Positions 1 through 12,970 of a stretch of 64,000 nt of DNA are shown here, piece after piece. A program made the translations under genes and the position numbers. Positions within the stretch are counted from its first letter, which is position 1. Each line of letters starts with the position of its first letter. The notes below the pieces were generated by a model. The model saw only the letters and a program-made list of their open reading frames with translations. It did not search any database and had not been told where the DNA came from. Source of the DNA: the human T2T-CHM13v2.0 reference genome, Homo sapiens; the NCBI RefSeq assembly GCF_009914755.1, contig NC_060942.1; one strand, written 5' to 3'.

Positions 1-338
1 CAAAAGAGAAGCAGAGCCACCTTCCACAGCAGTGAGCTGTGAGGAATGGAGATGGTACTCAACGTTTTAGACAAACCCTGTAAATTCCTGCTCAGGTTTT
101 TAGTGTGATTCAAATCAATTTGGCAAAATAGTTACTGCATCTAAAATACACCAGGGTGATGCTAGACCGCTGAGCTAGAATGATGAAAAGCAGATATGGG
201 TCCTGAATTCAGAGAATTTCCACAAAGGAGATTGTGGAACATAATCTCCTAGAGACATAGAAGTGTCTAGACATCTGTGAACCATTTAAGCTGTCCTGAA
301 GGCAGAGGACTGGTGTGTCTCAGAGCAGCAGCATCCGC

Positions 339-988
339 ATGCGAGCACCGCCCACACGAGAGCACCGTCCACACATGAGCACCGCCCACACATGAGCACC
401 ATTCACACGTGAGCACCATTCACACATGACCACCACCCACACATGAGCACCACCCACACATGAGCACCACCCACACATGAGCACCATCCACACGTGAGCA
501 CATCCACACATGAGCACCGTCCACATGAGAGCACCGTCCACACATGAGCACCACCTGCACATGAGCACTGTCCACACGAGAGCACCGTCCACACATGAGC
601 ACCATCCACACATGAGCACTGCCCACTTGAGAGCACCGTCCACACATGAGCACCATCCACACATGAGCACCACCTGCACATGAGCACCGTCCACACATGA
701 GCACCGTCCACACATGAGCACCACCCACACATGAGCACCACCCACACATGAGCACTGTTCACACATGAGCACCGCCCACACGAGAGCACCGTCCACACAT
801 GAGCACCACCCACACATGAGCACCACCCACACATGAGCACCGTTCACACATGAGCACCACCCACACATGAGCACCGCCCACACGAGAGCACCGTCCACAC
901 ATGAGCACCGTCCACACATGAGCACCACCTGCACATGAGCACTGTCCACACAAGAGCACCATCCACACAAGAGCACCGTCCACATGTG
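339..988. repeat. 17-bp minisatellite (consensus GAGCACCRYCCACACAT), ~38 copies
   Basis: Direct 17-bp periodicity; minus-strand ORFs repeat every 17 aa (3 x 17 nt). Confidence 0.95.
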
Positions 989-1694
989 GGCGCCTACCAC
1001 AGGTTAGCACATCCACACGTGAGAACAACCACATCACACGGTTAAGGTGGGCGCTGCACATCAGAATTCCAAGGTCAGCTTCTCCACTCACTATGTCATG
1101 TGGCTGCAGTCCGTTACCGCCCCATGGCCCAGGTGACAGTCCTATAAGACCATGTAAAACACCACCTGTCTCAAAGAGCAGTTTGAAGAATTCAAGGATT
1201 CAGAATATTTCCACTGAGCACACAGCCGACCCTATAGGACTGCTGCGTTATTAACATCATCGTTATAGCTTTGGTGCCTACAACGATCTCTGGTACATAT
1301 TAATTTATATTTATATATGCATTTGTTGAATTGAATATAGTAATGGATATGATTATTGTGGTGGTGTCCCTCGGAGGTTTGCCCCAGAGGCCATACTGGG
1401 TTGCTGGAAACTGTCATTAACTGTAGTGAGTTGTAACTCTGTATCCTTATCTGTGAATTGAGAAAATTAATTGCTGTTACGTAACATAAAATGAATTGTT
1501 GCTGTACAATATAAAACGCCCACCAGCAAGACAGAGGAGTCATTACTCTGGAAGAGTAAATGAAGAAATCTCAACATTACAACATGACAATTAGATTCCA
1601 TGTCAATAAGCAAAAAGGAGAACATAGCATGTGTTTTATTCACAGCTGTCAATTATGTCCTACAAAGACAGGCAGCAAAATATTATAACATTTT

Positions 1695-2700
<1,006 letters not shown>

Positions 2701-2714
2701 GGGCGACCTTGGGA

Positions 2715-2870
2715 GACAGACTGGGTTTGAAGTCCGGGTCTGACACTTACTGCCTATGGAACAAAGACAAGTCACAAATCTCCATTTCTTCTATAAAATA
2801 GACACAGTGTTGAGTATTGTTTAGGGACCCTGTCATGACTAGACAGGGCATAAGATGTTCAGGCATCGCT
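2715..2870 (+). mobile_element. MIR fragment
   Basis: ctgggtttgaagtccgggtctgacacttactgcc...ttcttctataaaat resembles the MIR core. Confidence 0.5.
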
Positions 2871-3369
2871 GAGTATTGTATAGGGACCCTGTTTTGACTA
2901 AACGAGGTGTGGTGTCCAGGCATTTCTGGCTTGCACAGAAGTGGGAGAAGCCCAGAACTGTGAAACTCCAGGGAGCAGGAGTCCCTCACAGGCATGCGGG
3001 GAGTCGCCTGAAACCCAGATGGAGAGGTCACTAAGATCCAGGTCTGTTTCCTGTGCTTTTCTGTCCCTGGGGTCTAGTCGATGTCCTGAACCCTGTCATC
3101 TGCTCCACAGCAACATATAAATGAGTTACGGTAACCAGATATTAGATGCTGAGAAGCAGCAGCCGTGTGTGGGGATTATGATGGGAAAGGAGGGGAAAGC
3201 TGGAACTGAGGTGCGTTAAGGACAAGTTTGCAAGCATTTGGTAGTGGTTGAAACGTGTCTCTAAGCCAGGGACTGGGAAGTTGCAGATCCCAGGCAGGGA
3301 AGGTGGTAGGGAACCGAGACCACAGGAGAATCACTCATCATTTGCAGATGAAAGGGTTGCTTACTTAGG

Positions 3370-3371
<2 letters not shown>

Positions 3372-3413
<42 letters not shown>
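3372..3413. repeat. (CA)n microsatellite, ~20 units
   Basis: Perfect AC run. Confidence 0.97.
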
Positions 3414-3414
<1 letters not shown>

Positions 3415-3643
3415 ATCACCTAACAATGTTATAAATTGTGAAATAATTCAGTAAGGTAAAAAGTACAACATTAACATCAGTACAGTTCCATAAATAATCA
3501 ACTACCGGATGAATACAATGAGGGAAAAGTTAACATGATACAACAGGACAGGCGTGAAGATATCTTTAGAACTTGGCTGAATGCTTCAAGTGGAAATTTT
3601 TCTGCATTAAAAGTTAAAAACTTTAAAAAATTAAAACACTCTG

Positions 3644-6600
3644 AGGGGCTCCCATGATGGCTGACTAGAGGCATCTTCAACTTGCCTTCTCCACAAAGAA
3701 CAAAAGTCGTCATTAGACAATCACACTTCAAGTAGATCATATGAACGAGAACACATGAGCTGAACAGAGAAGGGACAGGAAGCCTCTCCAGCAGGGAAGG
3801 AGAGGAGGGCAAGGCAGCCTTCCCGGCCAGGATGGGCTGGGAGCCCAGAGAGATGTCCCAATGTGGGGAAGGGGTGAGGGAGAAACCCCCAGGGTTCACA
3901 TCCCCACTGTGAGCTCCTGCATCGTTGGCCATGGGAGAGCCCCTCGACCATCGCTAGAGGGGAACCTGACACAGGGAGCTTCCTGGAGACAGTCGCAGTG
4001 CTGCTCCAGAGAGGAAGCTCACGCCAGGTCCCACGCACACCCTGAGTCCTAAACAGCTACAGCAAAGCAGCATTTTGAGAGCCCAGCCCCCAACAGACTG
4101 TGCCCTGTCCTGTGGCACCTGTGTCTCCACCTCCCTAGAATCCCACTGACATCTCCCATGTGCAGCTGCCACCACCAGGGCTGAGGTGTGGCCACAAGCA
4201 GCATCACCCCACTGGCAGTGGGGCCGCCATGCATTTCAGGTGACAAGGCAGGGTGCCCCACCTGCAGCTGCTGTCACCGTGGGCTGCCACTGCCGAGGCT
4301 GAAGTGCAAGTGGGGTGTGAGCTGCTGCTGCCAGGGCCGGGATGTGAGTGACGTGTAAACCGCCACCACTGACGAAGAGGCGCAAGCCAAGTGTGCATCC
4401 CTCCGACCACCCCCTGTCTTCAGCGGCCACTGAAATCAACCCCTCCTTCCCCAGAGGCAGGGCCACAGTGCAGGTGCTGACATCCCCAATCTGAGCATTC
4501 TGCCAGGAGCCTGGGGATCATCTCACCTCTGCCTACAGCCAGCACCTGCACGCACCACTGGGGGACTGAGGACAAACACACCCAGTGCAAGTTCATGCGC
4601 ACTTCATGCCAGAGCATGCAGTCTGGGGGCGTGGGGATTGCCCAGCCACATTCACCACCGCTGGCACCTGACCACTTCCCAGAGGCCTGAGGTTGGGTGG
4701 GCCCAGCCACTCCGCTGCTATCACCACAGCCGGCCCCTACCTGCATGCACAACCTGAATGCCTGGAAACTGGCACTTCCAGCCCACTGCAGCCACCACTA
4801 ACACCAGCATGCCACTGCTGTTGCCATCCTCCATGCCATACCTGCAGCCTAGGGGCCCGAGAACCTGACCACCCTTCTGGCCCTCTGCTGCCACTACTGT
4901 CATTGGAGCAAGACACCTGGAGGTCCAAGAATCAGCCTATCTAGATCTACTAACAGCGGGTCAGCAGACACTACCCCAAGAATCAGCCTATCTAGACCTA
5001 CTAACAGTGGGTCAGCAGACACTGCCCCAAGAGTCAGCCTATCTAGACCTACTAACAGTGGGTCAGCAGACACTGCCCCAAGAGTCAGCCTATCTAGACC
5101 TACTAACAGTGGATCAGCACACACTACCCCAAGAGTCAGCCTATCTAGACCTACTAACAGTGGGTCAGCACACACTACCCCAAGAATCAGCCTATCTAGA
5201 CCTACTAACAGTGGGTCAGCAGACACTACCCCAAGAATCAGCCTATCTAGATCTACTAACAGTGGGTCAGCAGACACTACCCCAAGAATCAGCCTATCTA
5301 GATCTACTAACAGTGGGTCAGCAGACACTACCCCAAGCATCAGCCTATCTAGTTCTACTAACAGTGGGTCAGCAGACACTGCCCCAAGAATCAGCCTATC
5401 TAGACCTACTAACAGTGGGTCAGCAGACACTGCCCCAAGAATCAGCCTATCTAGACCTACTAACAGTGGGTCAGCAGACACTGCCCCAAGAGTCAGCCTA
5501 TCTAGACCTACTAACAGTGGGTCAGCAGACACTACTGCAAGAGTCAGCCTATCTAGACCTACTAACAGTGGGTCAGCAGACACTACCGCAAGAGTCAGCC
5601 TATCTAGACCTACTAACAGTGGGTCAGCAGACACTACCCCAAGAATCAGCCTATCTAGATCTACTAACAGTGGGTCAGCAGACACTACCCCAAGTATCAG
5701 CCTATCTAGATCTACTAACAGTGGGTCAGCAGACACTACCCCAAGCATCAGCCTATCTAGTTCTACTAACAGTGGGTCAGCAGACACTACCCCAAGCATC
5801 AGCCTATCTAGTTCTACTAACAGTGGGTCAGCAGACACTACCCCAAGAATCAGCCTATCTAGACCTACTAACAGTGGGTCAGCAGACACTGCCCCAAGAA
5901 TCAGCCTATCTAGACCTACTAACAGTGGGTCAGCAGACACTGCCCCAAGAATCAGCCTATCTAGACCTACTAACAGTGGGTCAGCAGACACTGCCCCAAG
6001 AATCAGCCTATCTAGACCTACTAACAGTGGGTCAGCAGACACTACCGCAAGAGTCAGCCTATCTAGACCTACTAACAGTGGGTCAGCAGACACTACCCCA
6101 AGAATCAGCCTATCTAGACCTACTAACAGTGGGTCAGCAGACACTGCCCCAAGAATCAGCCTATTTAGACCTACTAACAGTGGGTCAGCAGACACTGCCC
6201 CAAGAGTCAGCCTATCTAGACCTACTAACAGTGGGTCAGCAGACACTGCCCCAAGAGTCAGCCTATCTAGACCTACTAACAGTGGGTCAGCAGACACTGC
6301 CCCAAGAGTCAGCCTATTTAGACCTACTAACAGTGGGTCAGCAGACACTGCCCCAAGAGTCAGCCTATCTAGACCTACTAACAGTGGGTCAGCAGACACT
6401 GCCCCAAGAGTCAGCCTATCTAGACCTACTAACAGTGGGTCAGCAGACACTACCGCAAGAGTCAGCCTATCTAGACCTACTAACAGTGGGTCAGCAGACA
6501 CTACCCCAAGAGTCAGCCTATCTAGACCTACTAACAGTGGGTCAGCAGACACTGCCCCAAGAGTCAGCCTATCTAGACCTACTAACAGTGGGTCAGCAGA

Positions 6601-9278
6601 CACTGCCCCAAGAATCAGCCTATCTAGACCTACTAACAGTGGGTCAGCAGACACTACCCCAAGAATCAGCCTATCTAGATCTACTAACAGTGGGTCAGCA
6701 GACACTACCCCAAGAATCAGCCTATCTAGATCTACTAACAGTGGGTCAGCAGACACTACCCCAAGTATCAGCCTATCTAGATCTACTAACAGTGGGTCAG
6801 CAGACACTACCCCAAGTATCAGCCTATCTAGTTCTACTAACAGTGGGTCAGCAGACACTACCCCAAGCATCAGCCTATCTAGTTCTACTAACAGTGGGTC
6901 AGCAGACACTGCCCCAAGCATCAGCCTATCTAGACCTACTAACAGTGGGTCAGCAGACACTGCCCCAAGCATCAGCCTATCTAGACCTACTAACAGTGGG
7001 TCAGCAGACACTGCCCCAAGAGTCAGCCTATCTAGACCTACTAACAGTGGGTCAGCAGACACTACCGCAAGAGTCAGCCTATCTAGACCTACTAACAGTG
7101 GGTCAGCAGACACTACCGCAAGAGTCAGCCTATCTAGACCTACTAACAGTGGGTCAGCAGACACTACCCCAAGAATCAGCCTATCTAGATCTACTAACAG
7201 TGGGTCAGCAGACACTACCCCAAGCATCAGCCTATCTAGTTCTACTAACAGTGGGTCAGCAGACACTACCCCAAGCATCAGCCTATCTAGTGCTACTAAC
7301 AGTGGGTCAGCAGACACTACCCCAAGCATCAGCCTATCTAGACCTACTAACAGTGGGTCAGCAGACACTGCCCCAAGAATCAGCCTATCTAGACCTACTA
7401 ACAGTGGGTCAGCAGACACTGCCCCAAGAGTCAGCCTATCTAGACCTACTAACAGTGGGTCAGCAGACACTGCCCCAAGAGTCAGCCTATCTAGACCTAC
7501 TAACAGTGGGTCAGCAGACACTGCCCCAAGAGTCAGCCTATTTAGACCTACTAACAGTGGGTCAGCAGACACTGCCCCAAGAGTCAGCCTATCTAGACCT
7601 ACTAACAGTGGGTCAGCAGACACTGCCCCAAGAGTCAGCCTATCTAGACCTACTAACAGTGGGTCAGCAGACACTGCCCCAAGAGTCAGCCTATCTAGAC
7701 CTACTAACAGTGGGTCAGCAGACACTGCCCCAAGAGTCAGCCTATCTAGACCTACTAACAGTGGGTCAGCAGACACTGCCCCAAGAGTCAGCCTATCTAG
7801 ACCTACTAACAGTGGGTCAGCAGACACTGCCCCAAGAGTCAGCCTATTTAGACCTACTAACAGTGGGTCAGCAGACACTGCCCCAAGAGTCAGCCTATTT
7901 AGACCTACTAACAGTGGGTCAGCAGACACTGCCCCAAGAGTCAGCCTATCTAGACCTACTAACAGTGGGTCAGCAGACACTACCGCAAGAGTCAGCCTAT
8001 CTAGACCTACTAACAGTGGGTCAGCAGACACTACCCCAAGAGTCAGCCTATCTAGACCTACTAACAGTGGGTCAGCAGACACTGCCCCAAGAGTCAGCCT
8101 ATCTAGACCTACTAACAGTGGGTCAGCAGACACTGCCCCAAGAATCAGCCTATCTAGACCTACTAACAGTGGGTCAGCAGACACTACCGCAAGAATCAGC
8201 CTATCTAGATCTACTAACAGTGGGTCAGCAGACACTACCGCAAGAATCAGCCTATCTAGATCTACTAACAGTGGGTCAGCAGACACTACCCCAAGTATCA
8301 GCCTATCTAGATCTACTAACAGTGGGTCAGCAGACACTACCCCAAGTATCAGCCTATCTAGTTCTACTAACAGTGGGTCAGCAGACACTACCCCAAGCAT
8401 CAGCCTATCTAGTTCTACTAACAGTGGGTCAGCAGACACTACCCCAAGAATCAGCCTATCTAGACCTACTAACAGTGGGTCAGCAGACACTGCCCCAAGA
8501 ATCAGCCTATCTAGACCTACTAACAGTGGGTCAGCAGACACTGCCCCAAGAGTCAGCCTATCTAGACCTACTAACAGTGGGTCAGCAGACACTACCCCAA
8601 GAATCAGCCTATCTAGACCTACTAACAGTGGGTCAGCAGACACTACCGCAAGAATCAGCCTATCTAGATCTACTAACAGTGGGTCAGCAGACACTACCCC
8701 AAGAATCAGCCTATCTAGATCTACTAACAGTGGGTCAGCAGACACTACCCCAAGTATCAGCCTATCTAGATCTACTAACAGTGGGTCAGCAGACACTACC
8801 CCAAGTATCAGCCTATCTAGTTCTACTAACAGTGGGTCAGCAGACACTACCCCAAGCATCAGCCTATCTAGTTCTACTAACAGTGGGTCAGCAGACACTA
8901 CCCCAAGAATCAGCCTATCTAGACCTACTAACAGTGGGTCAGCAGACACTGCCCCAAGAATCAGCCTATCTAGACCTACTAACAGTGGGTCAGCAGACAC
9001 TGCCCCAAGAGTCAGCCTATCTAGACCTACTAACAGTGGGTCAGCAGACACTACCGCAAGAGTCAGCCTATCTAGACCTACTAACAGTGGGTCAGCAGCA
9101 CTACCCCAAGAATCAGCCTATCTAGACCTACTAACAGTGGGTCAGCAGACACTGCCCCAAGAATCAGCCTATTTAGACCTACTAACAGTGGGTCAGCAGA
9201 CACTACCCAGGGGCCCAAGGAAAGACATACTCAGCCTACCACTGCCACTACTAGGGCCTGAAGACTAGTTGACCTGGT
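3644..9278 (+). mobile_element. Old L1 5' UTR (L1M1/L1M2, L1MA-type), 3'-truncated, containing the 51-bp VNTR
   Basis: Starts ggggctcccatgatggctgactagaggcatct..., matching the recalled L1M1/M2 5' end. GC-rich UTR continues to 4925 and resumes after the array (ggggcccaagg...cctgaagactagttgacctgg). No ORF1 follows. Confidence 0.75.
4925..9209. repeat. 51-bp VNTR, ~84 copies (CCCCAAGAATCAGCCTATCTAGACCTACTAACAGTGGGTCAGCAGACACTR)
   Basis: Exact 51-bp period over ~4.28 kb with a few recurrent variant sites; one unit carries a 1-bp deletion near 9098. Confidence 0.99.
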
Positions 9279-9955
9279 CGATGATGTCTTTGAGAGGATT
9301 CAAAGCGACGGCCGTGAGGAGCCAGGCATGCAGACGCTCCCTGGAAGTGGACACCACCAGGCAACCACAGCCTTTGCAGGAAAGATGTGGAGGAGGTGGT
9401 GCAGGCAGGAGAGAGGCTGGATGCCACCCTGAGGGGAAGCCCAGGTCTGTCCTGGCCAGGAGGCATTGTGTGGCCACCGCAAGAGAGGAGGGAGAAAAGC
9501 CCAGAAAGGCAGGCGGGGACTGTGACTCTCAGAAAGCGCCAAGAATGCTGGGAAACATCGTCACAAGTGTCTCTTCATGCCAACGATGACCACAGGGACA
9601 AGAAAGATTCATCAAGTTGACTTAGAGAGCTCCGGTTTCCCTGAGACATCATCAAGTTTGAATAAGCAAGCAACAAGCTTAGGCGCGTGAACTCCCGTGT
9701 GCCGGAGAGAGCACATGGTGGTTTAAAGTGCCACATTCCCTTCTGGCTCAGAGCATCTGCCCTGGGTGACAGTCTCGTGCTTGGGGAGGCCCTCGGAAAC
9801 CTGCCACAGCCCTATTTCCAACGGGAAAGACACAGACGAGCCAGGCCAAGATGCGGCTGGGATGGTGCCTGTGCGCTCACAGCCCTGAGCAACACCTCAC
9901 CCTCAGCTCGCCCAGCCTCTCCTGGCCACTCATTTCGGCTTTCTTCACTCTAGAG

Positions 9956-10178
9956 CAGGGGTGTCCGGGTTTTCAGCTTCCCTGGGCCACATCAGAAGAA
10001 GAATAATTGTCTTAGACTGCACATAAAATACACTAACACTAACGATAGCTGATGAGCTTAAAAAAAAACTCCCAGAATTCTCATAATGTTTTAAGAAAGT
10101 TTACGAATTTCTGCTGGGCCACATTCAAAGCCATTTCGGGCCTCATGTGGCCCATGGGTGGCAGATTGGACAAGCTTG
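9956..10178 (+). mobile_element. MER30 non-autonomous hAT-Charlie DNA transposon, full length
   Basis: CAGGGGTGTCC...TTGGACAAGCTTG termini; internal ACACTAACACTAACGATAGCTGATGAGC; 8-bp TSD CTCTAGAG (9948-9955) / CTCTAGAT (10179-10186). Confidence 0.92.
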
Positions 10179-11884
10179 CTCTAGATTCTCCTTAGGTAGA
10201 AGTAGGATTTCCTTCACCTCAAAGGACTGCAGACATTCAGCACAATAACCTTCCAACCCGCTAGCAAAGCCCTTTCTAGAAGGGGAGACAAGAATCCAAA
10301 AAGCACGCCAGAAAGAAGCCGAAAGTGAGGGACCTCGGACGTAATCACACCAGAACTCTGTGACGTTTTTAGCAAATAAGTCAAACAGGTAAAAGGATGG
10401 AATGCCAATAAGAAGAGAGTGGCCCCCTCCCTAGGCGCAGCCCACCTCCCTTTTAAAAATGTTTCCCTTTATGAATAAAAGCACAGGCATGGGAGATGAG
10501 GGCAGCCCCACGTATCAGGTAAACATCCTGATCATCTATTTGGTATGGGACTTGAAACAAATCACATTTTCGTGCTGATATCGTCAAATTGACCCCTTCC
10601 AGATATTGTTTTCCCTTCTGGGGACTCTGTCCTGTATAAAGAATTTAGTAAATTACCTGGTTAATAGAGAGAACTAGCAACAAGGTAATCTTAGCTGTGT
10701 CATTTGTGTTTAGGAAAATAGTTTTTCCATTTAAAAGGCTTTAAACACATGTGTTTTCTCGTTTTGCCTCTACTGTGAGATAAATCTTCGCTTCAAGAAT
10801 ACACTAGATCACCAGATTCCCAAAAGAGAAGTGGGGGTGGGGGGTGCGTGGCGAGGGCAAGGGCTGGCTGAGAGCAATGAATTTGTATCAGAGAGCAGAA
10901 TTATGTTATGTTTTCCTTGTAGATCTGAGCTCAAGATATGCCTTGGCTAGAGGCAGCTTAGCTGTGAATGACTGCACTAGCTTCTGCCAAGACCATCCTG
11001 AGTTTTCACTGTTTACATCTCCATGTGTGGACTTTACCCTCACCACACGATGGCAGATGGAAATCTGATAAAAACGAAGCAATGCATATAGATACATGCA
11101 CATGTATTTATACATACACACGTATGTATATACACACAGGTGTGTGTGTGTGTATAGATATACCACAAAACAGGAGACCTTTATGTTTTGATGATGGGAT
11201 TCAAGTGTTTCAACAACAAAATACAACCAGTGTTTTCCAAGTTGGACTCTGTAAAGTCCCAGAAATCCACAAGATTTTCATTCCTTATATTCATGTTGGA
11301 CACTGTTACTGAAGAACCACGTTCCTTTTATCCTGGAGGAAAGAGGACGGGTCATGTGGCTGTACCTGCACCTCATCGCCCTTGGCCCAACCCCAGTTTA
11401 AAATGAGCGATATTGCAGTCTGCTAAGTGGCTTGTCTATGAAGTTCATCCCAAGTGGAAACAGCCCTCCATCGTGTTCAGTGAGGGATTATTCCAAACTT
11501 TAGATCTCATTAAACAGACAGAACGCCACAGTCACTTGTCCCTAATAAAAAATATGCAAATAAATCGAACTCCACCCTCCTGGTATGGTCCATTTTCTAA
11601 GAGGCCTTCTTCTGAACGTCAGCCCTCTAGCATTTCATTCAGGGCTGGGAAGCCGATGGCCGAATTTATTAATGAAGTTAATCGTGATAACCATCCTTCT
11701 CCTGGTAACTCCTGTGGATGAACACCACTTGATACCAGGCTGTAGAGAAGTGAGCTGGCGGTTCCTGGGAACCAGGCAGGAGGCACATACTCAGGTGAGC
11801 TGTGGCATGGGCTGTGCCCTGAGGAGGGACCACCCTTCTGCTGTGGCTCTCTGTTCTGAGGGCTAAAGCTGTGGGCGACAGACG

Positions 11885-12252
11885 CAGAGCCCGGCGCGTT
11901 GTCCCGGAAGCAGGGCCTTCAGGCACAGAGCCCGGCGCCTTGTCTCGGAAGCGGGGCCGTCAGGCACAGAGCCCGGCGCCCTGTCTCGGAAGCGGGGCCC
12001 TCAGGCACAGAGCCCGCCGCCTTGTCCCGGAAGCGGGGCCGTCAGGCACAGAGCCCGGCGCCCTGTCTCGGAAGCGGGGCCCTCAGGCACAGAGCCCGCC
12101 GCCTTGTCCCGGAAGCGGGGCCGTCAGGCACAGAGCCCGGCGCCCTGTCTCGGAAGCGGGGCCCTCAGGCACAGAGCCCGCCGCCTTGTCCCGGAAGCGG
12201 GGCCCTCAGGCACAGAGCCCGGCGCCTTGTCCCGGAAGCAAGGCCTTCAGGG
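11885..12252. repeat. 41-bp CpG-rich minisatellite, ~9 copies with alternating variants
   Basis: CAGAGC recurs at 11885, 11926, 11967 and onward; unit GGCACAGAGCCCGGCGCCYTGTCYCGGAAGCGGGGCCSTCA. Confidence 0.95.
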
Positions 12253-12324
12253 CTGGAAGGGGCAGCAAGTGGCATTTTCCACAAATGGCTCCACTGACAT
12301 TTCCTATTCTTTTGTATTTTGCTG

Positions 12325-12785
12325 TATGTTTTGGGTTGAGTTCTGTCTCCCAAAAAGATACATGGAATTCCTAACCCCCAGTAGCTGTGAATGAGAGCTT
12401 ATTTGGAAATACGGTCCTGGCAGATGTCCTAAATCCAGTGTCTGGTGTCCTTATAAGAAGAAGGAAGTTTGAGCACAGCGACCTATGGGGAGCCGCAGTG
12501 TGAGGATGGAGGCGGACATTGCAGGGAGGCAGGGGCCGACAGGGAGCACAGTGGCGCCAGGAGCTGGAGGAGGCAGGAAGGACCCCGAGCCTCCACAGGG
12601 AGCACAGCTGCCCACACCTTGATCTCGGATGTGTGGCCTCGGTGAAGGACCCCAATCTGTCACAGGGAGCATGGCTGCCCATACCTTGATCACGTGGCCT
12701 CCAGAATTAGGAGAGAACAAACACCTGTCGTTTTCAGCTCCAGTTTGTGGCACTTTGCTACAGCAGCCCGGGGACACTCCTACTG
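12325..12785 (+). mobile_element. MaLR solo LTR (MLT1B/C-like) with an internal 67-bp tandem duplication
   Basis: Typical MLT1 motifs: cctaacccccag, ttatttggaaat, ggtgtccttataagaag, accttgatctcgga, agtttgtggcactttgctacagcagcc. GAAGGACCCC recurs at 12577 and 12644. Confidence 0.85.
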
Positions 12786-12874
12786 TCCAAAAGGATAAGC
12801 ACATTTCAATCAAGCAGACCTGGGGCCTGAGCTTGAGTATGCCAGACGGGAGACAGGGACAGGGGCAGAGGGCA

Positions 12875-12970
12875 TGGGAGAGGGAGAGACGGAGAGAGAG
12901 AGAGAGAGAGAGAGAATGAGAGAGGGAGAGAGAGAAGGTGGGGAGGGAGAGAGGGGAGGCACAGAGACAG
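12875..12970. repeat. (GA)n / purine-rich tract
   Basis: Direct inspection. Confidence 0.9.

Noticed and set aside
320-1000. Cys-rich metallothionein- or keratin-associated-like ORFs
   Set aside because: Translations of the 17-bp minisatellite in several frames.
4900-9125. 1383-aa (minus) and 1372-aa (plus) ORFs as protein-coding genes
   Set aside because: They result from a 51-bp (17-codon) unit that lacks stops in one frame per strand. Both are called from GTG, lie within an L1 UTR and have no unique domain.
4925-9209. CRISPR-like array
   Set aside because: Head-to-tail identical units with no unique spacers, no cas genes, and a primate genomic context.
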